A stretch of DNA of 64,000 nt from Anthoceros angustus (Eukaryota > Plantae > Anthocerotophyta): the NCBI GenBank assembly GCA_010909165.1, contig MU008182.1, positions 372,001 to 436,000 of the forward strand, given 5' to 3'. Positions 13,101 to 24,167 of the stretch are shown here, piece after piece; within the stretch, counting starts at the first letter, position 1, and every line of letters begins with the position of its first letter. The notes under the pieces are model-generated. The model saw only the letters and a list, made by a program, of their open reading frames with translations, did no database searches and had not been told where the DNA came from. A program made the position numbers and the translations under genes.

Positions 13101-14236
13101 GAAATATACATGAAGCAACGAGGGTTATGAAGTAAAAGGCAAGGAGCATTTAGTATGTAAATTGATCAAGGGTCTATATGGACTCAAACAATCCGCAAAA
13201 TTGGAACTTGACCATCCATATACAACTCTCGAATAAGGGATTTAAGCAAAGTAAAGGCGATGCTTGCTTATATATTTACCTTAAGGAAAATGATATATTT
13301 TACCTTCTATTATCGTCGATGACGTCTTATGGCAACAAACTCTCTTATTCTCCTATGAGATAAAGCATGGCTTGGACATTATATGAAATGACCGACAGGA
13401 GAAATGAATTATGCACTTGGTGTAAATATTATCCGCGATAGGAGTAATAAAAAGTGAGCATAGTTCAAACCAAGTATATAAAGGAGAGTTTAGCAAAATT
13501 GGAATGGAAGATGCAAAGCACACCCACTTTTGCTAGTGGCATCAGCTTACTTGATATGAGTCCTAAGAGTGCTCAAGAGAAAATGGAGATGGCATCCGTC
13601 CCATATCGACATCTTGTCGGCACTCTCATATATTTAAGCAATTTTACTAGACACGATATTTCTTTTGAAGTCGGTTCACCTCCGCTTTTGGAGAACCCGG
13701 ACATCAACACGGATGTCGATTAAGCGTATTTTTCGATACCTTAAAGGGACTATGCAAACGGTGACATTTAAGCATACCAGCAATCAAAACATTAACACTT
13801 ACGGCATGCCGATGCGATTATCTGGTGATCACGATGAAAATCCGTATCGTTATGTTTTACTTCTTGGAGGAGCTCCAATATCATGGTCGAGTAAGAAACA
13901 GCTACCATTGCCTTGTCTAATCGAATCAATATAGAGTACTAACATCTATTTCCAAGGATATAGTATGGTCTAGGCTAATTTTGAGTGAACTTAATCACCC
14001 TCAAGAAACCCAACATCTCTTTTAGTGATAGTCGAGCCATAGCACTTGCTAGAAACCCTTTTCCATTCCAACCAAACACATAGCTGTTGAGTATCACTAT
14101 ATCGGAGAGAAGTTGGAAGATAACACTATAGATATCACTTATATACCAACACAAAACAATCCAAATTTGTTAACTAAGTCATTAGGGAGATTTGCATTTA
14201 AGACACATGAAAATGTTAGGTATTCAAGAGGTTTAA
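10180..14236 (+). pseudogene. Copia A gag-pol, frameshifted as assembled
   Basis: FNGKDYDIWALRMRGAL..LWGIVDGS; CNWCRIPNHMEKDC knuckle; HTDICGP..YFLTFIDDFSR; KWVFKIK..YKARLVARGF; GGAPISWSSKKQ; TKHIAVEYHYI; ends GIQEV*. Confidence 0.93.
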
Positions 14237-14265
14237 GTCATAGCTAGTATGTGTCAATGTATTTT

Positions 14266-15818
14266 CTATAGTCCACACATCTTGTCTAGCATAGAAATTT
14301 CCTCTCCTAACTCTATGTAGTCCTCACATCGCTTATCCTCTCTTTCTAATACCCGGAAGGATCCTACAATACACACCATGGGTTATAAAGTGAAAATGAT
14401 GAAAAGATAGTACTTAAGTCGTTAGGTTACTTCGTACAAGTGTTTGGTGTGTCCTTCATATTTTTCACATGGGAAGCACAACCACACCATCTTAATCCCT
14501 CTTTTCACATACATACTCCATGGGAACTTCATGGTCATCCTTTCCTCCGGAAGAACCAAGTAGGTTGCCTTGCATAAGTTTCAGTGGCGGTAGGAACTAG
14601 GAATTTTCCTTTTGCACTTGCTCTCTCTTGAGTAGGTCGTAGAGGTAGGGCAAATCTCACATGGCTTGTGCCCACACTCTTATCTACACCGCAAAATAGC
14701 GAGATATTATTAGGAAAATGTTAGTTTAGTTTACCGGTTTTTGGTATCATCTTTCCTACTCACTCCTTGGCTCTTCTGCCGCTATTACATCCTCTGCGCC
14801 ATTTACACAAGGATGTGATCTCCACAGCTACCTCACAAATAACTCGAGGGTCTCTTCGGTTTTATAGAGTCCTCGACTCTTCCGAATCTTCATTCATTTT
14901 GAAGTCATCATATTCGGCCTCGATTGGTGATGCGGCTTTATCGGATTATCTACATCCATATTTATTAGCATTTTATGCACTCAAAATTTTTATGCAATTT
15001 ATTTTGCAATTTATTGACTTACCGATAACTTTGACTTCTCTCACAACGACCTTGGATTTTTCCACGTCACCACGTGATATCATCCTCTTCATCGGGTATG
15101 TCATCACTCTTTGCAATAGGTTGACACTGCAAGAAATTGATCAAGTTTGGATCATCAGGTTCCTCCCAAGATCCGATAATGTCGGTACAACTTCATCCGG
15201 TACCACAAGTGGTGTGCACGGGCTGCGTTTTCCTTCTTTCTTTCTTCGCAAGTATCCTCCTTCGCCACCAAGTGCTTGTTTGATTTTATCAAGACCCATG
15301 TTTCACCTCACGGTGGGGCACGGACCCTCCAATCGTCAAGCTGCAGATATATTTATCAAGCAACTCCAGCAATTTATCAATTTATTTAGCAATTTCAGCA
15401 ATTTATTTCAGCTATTTATATAAATCCAGCAAATATTTCAAAATTTGATTCGAGGCGAGCACCTTCTTATGCGCACGGCCTGGATTCCGCCAAATTCGCT
15501 ATTTTTCACCGATCTTGGCAACTTGATTAGCGCGCGGTGGCACTTGATCGCGGTGGATCGCGATGATCGCGCTAAATCAAGCGAAATTTTTCTGAGTGAT
15601 GGATCTCTGGCGGATCGGATCGGTGGTGGATGGCGCGATGGTGGAGTGGATTTGGATGGCTACGGAGGCGGATGGCGGCGGCGGATGGCGGCCCGGCCGA
15701 TCAGGGATCACGAGGATTGAGGTCGGAGCCGCGGGGAGAAGGCGGTTTTGTCTCCCGTTTCGTAAACCGCCGGCGCGGCCGCCTACCGCGTTCACCAGGC
15801 GCGAGAGGGCCGTTGCTT
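14266..15818 (-). other. Putative antisense five-exon gene carried by Copia A (copy 1)
   Basis: Four AT-rich minus-strand segments bounded by GT..AG: 15341-15462 (AAG|GTGCTC..TCTGCAG), 14950-15022 (G|GTAAGT..GCTAAT..GTAG), 14684-14763 (GTGAGT..CTAAC..GTAG), 14364-14430 (GTAACC..GTAG). TATA upstream. Confidence 0.65.
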
Positions 15819-15880
15819 TATTTATAGGCCCGAAATGGGCCTATCCTGTTTTTTTTATTTATAGGCCATTTTGTGGCCCG
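15819..15880 (-). promoter_or_regulatory. Antisense Pol II promoter: two TATAAATA boxes with site-II-like GGCCCA/TGGGCC motifs
   Basis: Minus-strand CCTATAAATA at 15819-15826 and 15856-15863, with GGCCCGAAATGGGCC between them. Conserved at 42549-42593. Confidence 0.6.
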
Positions 15881-16066
15881 TCTATTGTTTTTCATTTTCT
15901 TTATGCCTATATTAAGTCCTTATTTATGACTTGATTATATGTTAGATGCTTAAGTTTTTAAGACCTTTTCTTAAGCGGATAACTTTAGGTTTAGTGGGAG
16001 CCTATTTAACATTTAGGCCTCATTTTAAAGGCTAGACTTCACCCCTATATTCATAGTGAGTGGGAG

Positions 16067-16318
16067 TGATGAAATAGGTCTAGATTAGGGCACTATTCAT
16101 TAGGGCCTCATAACTTAAACATTATTATTTACCTAGGGTTATTTAGGTAGTTAGTAGTTATATTAGTTATATTGGTTACAACAACTTACGGTTGCAACTA
16201 CTTATGGTTGCAACCATGGTTGTAACCACCCAACTTCAGCCTATTTAAAGGCTTGCTTTACTCATTAAACACTTACATTGTTTCTTCTTCTTCTAATCTA
16301 AGAGCTAAATTCTCATCA
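16067..16318 (+). repeat. Copia A 3' LTR
   Basis: TGATGA...TCATCA after the PPT (16055-16066). Confidence 0.93.
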
Positions 16319-16323
16319 TTCAC

Positions 16324-18915
16324 GATCGCCTCCTTCACAATTTTGCGGGATCTTGGACTTCTGAGCAAGCATCTCGGGCCGACCACAAATTCGCGGTCAA
16401 GTAATCGTCGTGGCCAGAGATTTTATCCGACAAAGTTTCCTCCCGCTTGCAGCTGATCGACTCCGACCTTATTGGTAAAGTTCGATTCCATGACCCCCTA
16501 TCGGGTGGGTTCCCATAGTGGATCACGATTCACAGCTCTGCGACCCTGCTTCCGTGTCGGGTGAGCTGTTTAATTCATCTTCCGGCATTGCGCTACTTCT
16601 CGACTAATGTCGGGAAGCGATTCGTTCCTCCCCTCCTTTGGTCCCTTCTGCGTCCCGCCTAGGGTAGTCTGTTTGGTCTATCCGTGCGGACTACGGGGTA
16701 GTACCTTCTCTGAGCGGTCTTGTTCTGCTCCTCTTGATGCTTTGAACACATGGCGTCTCCGGAGCCATGGTGAGTCATCCCTCACCTTCCTCCGTTTCCT
16801 TTCCTCATCTTGCGCCGTTTTCCATGATCGTCCTTTCTCGCGGCCCGATGTGGTTACCACAGCCACCATCAACCTTTCATCCGCTTATTTCTCCCTCGTA
16901 TCCTTCCTCACGATACGGCGTCTGAATCCTCGATCGTACTCCGCTTCCACCTTCAACAGGTGTTGTGGTCACGGTAGTGCGGTTTTAGGTGTTGGGTCGT
17001 GCCTCTCTTCGCTGCTGTAAAACGACTCTGGTGTGGTGTCACTCGCGTCACCCCATGCATCGGGTCCCCATTTTATGTCCCAATTCCTTACATACAGCAA
17101 GGGTACATAACCTACTTGCTTCCGTGGTTACGGGCATTCGTTGAGTAGTGTCACGGGGCTCCGCAATTATGACACCCACATGGAATTGCCATCGTTGCGG
17201 ATCGGTCTCCATTGTCCGGCGATGTCGGACGTGAGCCATACCTTGAGGGGCTGATGCGGCGGTGGTAAGTCGCTCTCATTGATTGAGGTGGTCGGCTTCG
17301 GTGGCGCTTGCACATGCGCGCCTCGTCACGTACCAATAATCTCTCACAGCATAACGGTTTCCACATGATTTCTGACGTGCGTGGTGCGAATACATTCTCG
17401 GTTGGTGTGTCCCGTTTGATGAGCAGCAATACACCTGTCTACCGTGAAGGAGATCTTCGTGGAGCTTGATTCTTCCGCCTTGACCTCCAACTCGGTCAAC
17501 GCTTGGTCAAAGCCTCCACTTGTCCGACAATCCCTCCTCCGCTGACGTTTCTCCCTTCTCCATCCGACGGACCGTCTTCCCTTTCCTCTCCTTCTCCAAT
17601 GCGTTCCGCCTCCTCTTGTCGTTTTGACCTTCTCGGTCCTTCCTCATTCGTCGTTCGTAGGCCTTCTCGATTCCTCATCCGATGTGGAGCCTTCACGAGT
17701 TCATTGTCCTCACTTTCGATGTGGAAGAGGCGGCGCTAGAGGTAGAGGAGAGGCGAGCTAGATCTCCTCGATCCTTTTCTCTTCTTATGACTCGCCTCTT
17801 CTTCCTCCTTCTCCCAGCGGACTCCCATTCCTCATTCAGCGGAGGCCCCTTAGCGTCTTCGTTCCGCTGCGGTGTACCTCCATTTTCGTGACAAGCCACT
17901 CACAAACCAATCCAACGCTTGTTCTTGAGTACCCGAGGTGGGTGGATCTCCGGCCTCTCGGGTGCACATTTGAACCGATCGGATATCCATAAAACCTCTC
18001 CACATAATCGAACAACGACTCTCGTTTCTTCCTTGGAGGGTTCTCAACTTGGCCAAGTGTGTGGTGTGCGTGGCGAGCCCTCGGAACCGATTCAAGAAGG
18101 CTTAAGAGCTTCCCAATCGTCGGCGCCGATTATATGTGCGACCATACCCTTGGGCATGCCCTCTCGGCGATCCGGAAGATCGCGATCGCTCGGCGACTCC
18201 ATCCTCTAAATTTGCGTGGGAGGCGTGCTCGAAAGTTCTTACAAGCGCCTCGCATCATCTCCCTTCTTCTTCTCGCCCGAATTTGGCGTATTCTTTGGCG
18301 ACTATGAAGTTAGGCGGTCCTCCTCCTCCACCAACTCCACTCATGTTGCTCGTTCGGGTGTCCGGACCAACACTCCTCTCGCCGGGGTAACGAAACAAAT
18401 CGGGATCCTTGAGCACGAAAATCTTCTACCAGGAGTAGCGACCTCCCCTAGTCGTCCCAAAGATCAATCGATCGGTGATTCGATCGAGTCGTTCCAAATC
18501 CTCCGACCAAGCACGAAACTCCCGCTCTTGGCGACCTCGTCGTCCTTTGATTCATTTGGAAGATGAGGTGGTGCTTTGAAGCAAAGCGTCGCGGGCGTTC
18601 CGCAGCGGTTGTGAAAGGCAACTTCGTGCTCGGAGGCGCGGCCTTCCTAAATCACACCGACTTCTCTTTCGACCTCCTTCCTCTCGCCGGTGATCTCGCC
18701 TCTTCTTCCTCCTTCTCCCTGCAGCCGTTCGCACCTCTCGCCTTGGCGTCACGGCGACTTCCTCGCGTCCTTTTCTACTTCCTCCCTGTCCACGAGTGGC
18801 GGCGGCGGTCTCTTCCCTTAGCGGTTTCTTCGTAAAGCTCGTCTCTCGCGGTGGCGGTGGTGACCTTCAGCGTGTATCTCCCGAGATCGACCCCTACGAC
18901 ATCGCAACCATCCTC
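16324..18915 (-). pseudogene. Gypsy gag (retrotransposon capsid domain plus three CCHC-like knuckles)
   Basis: DWEALK..LNRFRG capsid-like motif; CHNCGAP, CKELGHKMG. Copy 2 shows CSICHQTGHTNREC. Confidence 0.8.
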
Positions 18916-19080
18916 ATGTCCTCCAACCCACGGTGTTAAGAGGAAAGCAAATCACACCCGTTTAGTGTCTCAACGGTCACCCTATGACACTTAGGCGTGA
19001 AATTCTTCTCACCCTATGGTGACTCGGTCCCTTTGAAAAACGTGCTAGATGGAAACCACAAAACTTCAACCTTTCAACAA

Positions 19081-19098
19081 CAAGTCCCGACAGCGCCA
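19081..19098 (-). promoter_or_regulatory. Gypsy primer binding site (non-Met tRNA, isotype not assigned)
   Basis: Minus TGGCGCTGTCGGGACTTG just after LTR end ...TACCACA. The plus strand reads like a tRNA 3' end (CAAGTCCC...GCCA). Copy 2 reads TGGCGCGCTG at 45781-45790. Confidence 0.75.
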
Positions 19099-19102
19099 AA
19101 AA

Positions 19103-22100
19103 TGTGGTAGGGAGAATCCGGGGCACTCCCGGGTCCTCCCACTATAAGGCCACACTTATCACTTTACCCGTCGTTGGGTTTCGTCCCATGAGACTTGTGT
19201 GAAAGTTCGAGGCCTTGATGCCAATCGCTACACGCACACTCTCGACCTTCTAACAAGCAAGGCGCCCTACTCTCCCTCTCACGGTGCACCACTTGCCTTT
19301 GCTTGAAAAATCGCCAACCTCGACCTAGCGACACAAAACAATTGGTCACGCCTCGACGAGCCTACCACGGGCGCCGAGGACCCCCTGGTTCACACGATTT
19401 GTCCCTACTTCTAAGACCAAACTTGACCTACAGCACACTTGCGGTCACCTCGGACAGCCTACCAGGCCCGGGGACCCCCAGTTCACACCGATTCGTCCCT
19501 ACTTCTAAGACCAAACTTCTCCACTCGGGGCGCTCTTTTACTTGCAGTTGGGATTCGTCCCTTAGGCTCTGCTGTGGCCTTCCACCTACACCTCTAATCC
19601 TCTACTCATCTTCTCATCTCCTCATCCTCTTCCTCCTAGTCTAACCTCGATTCGGGCTTCTTGGTTTCGACTCGCCCTTACAGCTGCTGCACAGGTCCGC
19701 CTCCACCCAAGTTCTTCCTTGGGCGGTTGCTATGAGTTTGACACGACGGTGAGAACCTCGAGTCTTTCCTGTAGTCTACCCTCAAGCCGAGTTCTGGGCA
19801 TTTGCCACACACCCAAAGCAAAGCAATTTCACGGCAACCATTCACAAAGCAACTCGTTTAGGCACTTGCGTGAGCAAGTCCTCCACCAAGCACTCACCAC
19901 ATGACTTCCTCTCTGCAGACCGTGTTGGCTCCGGCCACGAAATTCCTCTGTAATGGCAAAGGACTCGATGGCGTGGGCGCAAGACATGATACTTTACTTT
20001 GTGAAATCCTCCTCCTCTTATAGGAGGCCTTCCACATACAACCTCCCTTAGGTGACCCTCTGCAGGTCACCTTTTCCAATTTTCTATTATTTCCTACACT
20101 TGACATTTAATGTCGGCACCTAAATCTATTATGCGATCCTTGGTAAATTCTATTCTAGTAACTTCACCTAAGACCATCCTTGAAGGATGTCGTCTACACC
20201 ACCTATCCTTCCGTTCCCCAAAGCTCATTTATGGTCATTGACCATTCTTAGTCTTATCTCATTTGGGGTGGTGACATGGCCCTTGAGGATTGGCTCCCTC
20301 GCCCTCCTTTTGCTCTGTCCCTTCCCGGATCTTGTCGCCTTGTGGGGCAAGTACCATCTGCCCTTCCTCCATCTCCAGGGCGCCTAAATCTGTTATCTTC
20401 CATCGGTGCCTCCGCCTTTTTCTCCGCCCGCGCTGGTCGCGTTCATCGACACCCTACGCGGTAGTCGGCGGACTAAGGTGGTGACTACCTACCATGGTAG
20501 TCTCTCCTTCTTCTCCTTCCTCTCCATCGGTGATGTCTCCACGGGGTGAGTTCCTCTTGCTCCTTCCTTCTTTGTTTGGTTTGTCCATACCTATCGGAGC
20601 ATGTCTTCAAAGAATCTTCCCCATTCGTAATGTTGCTACTAACTCCTTGGGCCTTCTTGCGTTGGTCTCCTCTCGGGCCTGGCTCCTCCCTTATCAGGTG
20701 AGGAACTTCTCACCCCTCCCCTTCCTCGAGGTGGGACCCGTCCTTAGTCTCCTCCGGTGGGGTTGTCTCTCCCACCACCCCTGCTCCTCCGGGGTATACT
20801 CGGACCCCGGCTCCTTCATCCTCGGCCTCCAGACTCCCAACTCCACGGGCTGCCCTACCGGTGAGTCTGGCGGACTACCCGTGTGTCGATCTGCAGTGGT
20901 CAGCGGACTACGTGGTGGTGGTCACCACCGTGGTAGGTTGACCCCGGTGGGCTTTCCCCTCCTTGCTCTGCGCCACCTTCTACCTTTGGCGCTCTGGCGC
21001 TCTTCGTCTCCACTCCTCAGTTCCTCGGAGTCCATTTCGTGATGGCCTCATCAAAATCGGAGGCCTCTGCTTTCTGCTCCTTTCATCATCATCATGAGGA
21101 CCCAATGTCCTCCTCTTGGCCAAAAAAGATCTCATTGTTGGCCTTCAAAATTCTATTGTGGAGGTGGGCCCCAAGCTATGATATTGCATTTGGAGATCAA
21201 TCTCTGGGCCACTCTCCATCTTCACACCTACCTTTGTAGGCGTCCCTTGAGGTGGTCAATTCCCCACCTTGACATGGAGGTCACATTCTCCTCCTTGCTT
21301 CCTTTTTGGTGGCCAATTTTACTGAAGGGCATAATCTGCCAAAACCTTCGCTTCCTTACTACGCATTCTATGTACCACTTTCTTGTGGTACTCCTCTCTG
21401 GACCTTTTTCCTTCCAAGTCCTCTATTCGTTGAGCAAGCCCTTCCCTCCACCAAGCATCTTTCTCGCGCTCCAGCTGTTTCTTTGGTTTTGAATTTCCAG
21501 CTCGGGCCTTCTCTTCCAAACTAAAGGCTCTTCTCAACTCTTCCTTCATGTCCGGATCTGGATGGCTTGCGTAGCCATCACTTCTTCTTGCGTCCATTTC
21601 TTTGGACCGCTACCTTCTCCAGCCTCTGTTTTGCCCTTTCGCTCTTGCTCTAATTGGGCAAAATGCTCCTCCATATACATCTCCATGAGTCTCGTTGGGT
21701 GGTTGCTCGGATGGCTCTTTCTTGGTTTGAGCCAACCTCCCTCAAGACCTTCTCCGCGCTGATCCATAAGGTCGGAGCTTCTCCTGACCTTTTCGGCTTG
21801 GCTGCCTTTTCGTCGGACTCCATGGCCTCCAATTGCCATTTGGTCCCTGCCTTCCTCCGGCCATGTCTTGAGATTTCACTTCTTCTTGACATGCCCACAA
21901 GGAGGCGTTTCTCTAGCCTTCAAATCCACACGGTGAGTGCTTCAAGCGGCAATTCTCCTAGGGGTCCTAATTCCACCCCTTCTTTCTTCTTGGAAATCTC
22001 CAGCTCTCACCTCTCGGGCCATCGGCTTGCTTCGTCGCTCCATCCGCCCTCCCACAGCGCGGAAGATGGTGGTTTGCGCCGCCCTCATGGCCTTCTCCTT

Positions 22101-24167
22101 CCCTTCCTTCCACCGTGAGGCTGTTTGCACGTGGGGTGCCCCTGTGAGGTGCTCCCCAGTGGTACCTACCATGGTGGTGGCCCTACAGTGATGCCCACCC
22201 CTTGGGTGGCGCCTCCCTAGGAGTGTCAGCCGGTGCCTCTCGTAGGCACAAAGGAGATGGTGGGGACTCCCCACTCTCGTCACCCCTCCTTCTCTCATAG
22301 ACCACCATCCGGCCTTCGGCTTGCTCTTCTTCCCTTGCTTGCTCCTGTGGGGAAAGGATTCCCACTCGGCAACTTTGTTGCCTCAGACCTTCTCCTCTTG
22401 CCTCTAGCATTTTGTGGAGTCGACCTCCCACCGTCTTCGCAATGCAAAGGCAAAGGCCTTTCCAACCTTTGGAGATGGATGACCTCAAAGGGATGCCATG
22501 CATCTTCAAGCTCCTTGCTTGTGAGAGTCCCTCGGTTTCCCATAAATGCACCAAATAGGTGCTAAGATAGCGAGGCCTTGGTCCTTCCTCATCCACGAAT
22601 TTGGCTTGAGGAGCTTCTCTCGATGGTGTATACGCTTCATGATAGTCCCCAATCGCTTGGCTCCCATGGAAATCTTCCACAAAAATTGGAGGAAGTTGGT
22701 CTTTGAAATAAGAGGTCGTTGGTAATTTACCAACCCCAGCACAATCTTTGCGAAGAGCCTCCACTTGACTCCTTGATGCTCTCGGTCTTCCGACCATTCT
22801 TGGCGTGGGCCTTCCTCCTCCATCCATCATGTCGAGAACTCTGCGGGATGTCGGTGTCCTCTTCCCCCATTCAACCTTTCGAGAGAGCAATTCAGCTTTC
22901 TTCCTCCGGTCTTCCATACACACAATACTTCTCACGGTCCAGCGGGGATCCGTTCTAGCATTCCTTCCGGTGTGCGCCATTGATGGAGGTTGATGTAACA
23001 CTCCTCAATCAATTCCAAATTAGTGTAGGCCATTGGCGGCCATACACCCATCTAGTTGGATGTTCTCCTCCTCCCTTGCTAGAAAATCAACCAAATCTGA
23101 GGTTAAGCTGCCCGGCAAAGCAAGTGAATTGGGCATCACAAGTTCACCTCCCCACAGCGCGCTTCTGCTTTCTTTCCTTTTTCTTCTCGCGAGGAGGCCC
23201 TTGCAGGCGGCTCCTTTTCCACCTCGAGGCATGGCACCTTCCTTACTCCCTCGCTCCTAGCAAAAGTTACTTCCCAATTTTCAGCGTTGTGTGCTGCTTC
23301 ACTTCCAAACACTCCTTTTCTCGTGATGACTCCCGACTGAGCACCACGTTAGCCTGTCTTGAGCCTCACCTGATTTCTTCCTTGATTTCTTCTCCAGTAG
23401 GCGGTGTGATTTTCCTCCTTCTACTCTCACTCTCCTTCACCTTCGCTTCCGGCTCCAACTCCTCTGCGGTGGCGGCTCCTTCAATGTGTCTCTTTTCCCG
23501 GTATTGAAGAGCTTCTCGGTGCAGGCTCGGTGCTTGCCTCCTCTTTCTCCTTTCAGCTAGTCTTCTCAGCCGCGCCTTCCTCTCGTTCGTGGAGTCGCGG
23601 CAGCGGCAATGGCGGCTTCTCCTTGGGCTTCTTTTGCGCTCGGCCGGTCGATCTCTTGGGAAGTGAGTTCGCCTTAGCTCGAAAAGGAAGTTGGCTGGCC
23701 CCCTGCACACTTTGGATGGGCGCCACACGGCCACACAACCTAGATTTTGTGCATCATTCACAAAATCCTAATCGATCTATAATACCTATTTTCCTACTAC
23801 TAATTAATCTCTTGCTAATTACTCTTATATTTATCCTCTATTGATGAGCATATATAGTGGATATCCCCCTTTATTCTAAGTTTCCTTTTTGCAGATTTGT
23901 CGTACGGTAGTGCGCTTACCCATGATGGTCTGCTCCCTTACTACGGGGCGTGTCAGCGACCTACGGTGGTACTGACCTACCAACCTTTGTGCCCTTACAC
24001 AAATGCGGGGTCGCTTGACCCGTTTTCCTCTGGGATATCCTTTTGCCTTCCTAACAATATTCCACCGCTCCGTTAAGATCTTGAAGTTTTCCTCATAACC
24101 TCTTAGTCGGTCTTAGCAAACCGTCTTACGGCGGTTTGGGTAGTTGCCCAAACTTTTCGTTCACACA
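19103..24167 (-). repeat. Gypsy 5' LTR, ~5.07 kb
   Basis: TG...CA termini, PBS adjacent, right end homologous to 5110-5147. Confidence 0.85.

Larger units (their letters stand above)
9087..16318 (+). mobile_element. Ty1/Copia family A, copy 1, full length, nested in the Gypsy at the gag/protease junction
   Basis: Near-identical ~255-bp LTRs (TGATGA...TCATCA), TSD TTCAC (9082-9086; 16319-16323), PBS-Met, PPT AGTGAGTGGGAG, order gag-PR-INT-RT-RH. Confidence 0.95.
1..24167 (-). mobile_element. Ty3/Gypsy LTR retrotransposon copy 1 (non-chromovirus, Athila/Tat-like), 3' LTR running off the window start, with a nested Copia
   Basis: Minus-strand order gag-PR-RT-RH-INT(GPY). ~5-kb direct repeats at 1-5147 and 19103-24167, PPT next to one and PBS next to the other. 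No chromodomain after the integrase GPY motif. Confidence 0.92.

Noticed and set aside
14767-15423. 218-aa hydrophobic sense ORF after pol, resembling an env-like gene (also 41631-42092)
   Set aside because: It starts at TTG, and its hydrophobic stretches coincide with the T-rich complements of the minus-strand introns, so it is better explained as a shadow. Not fully excluded, because both copies stay open.
19081-19098. tRNA-like 3' end
   Set aside because: Only ~18 nt beside an LTR, so it is a PBS and not a tRNA gene.
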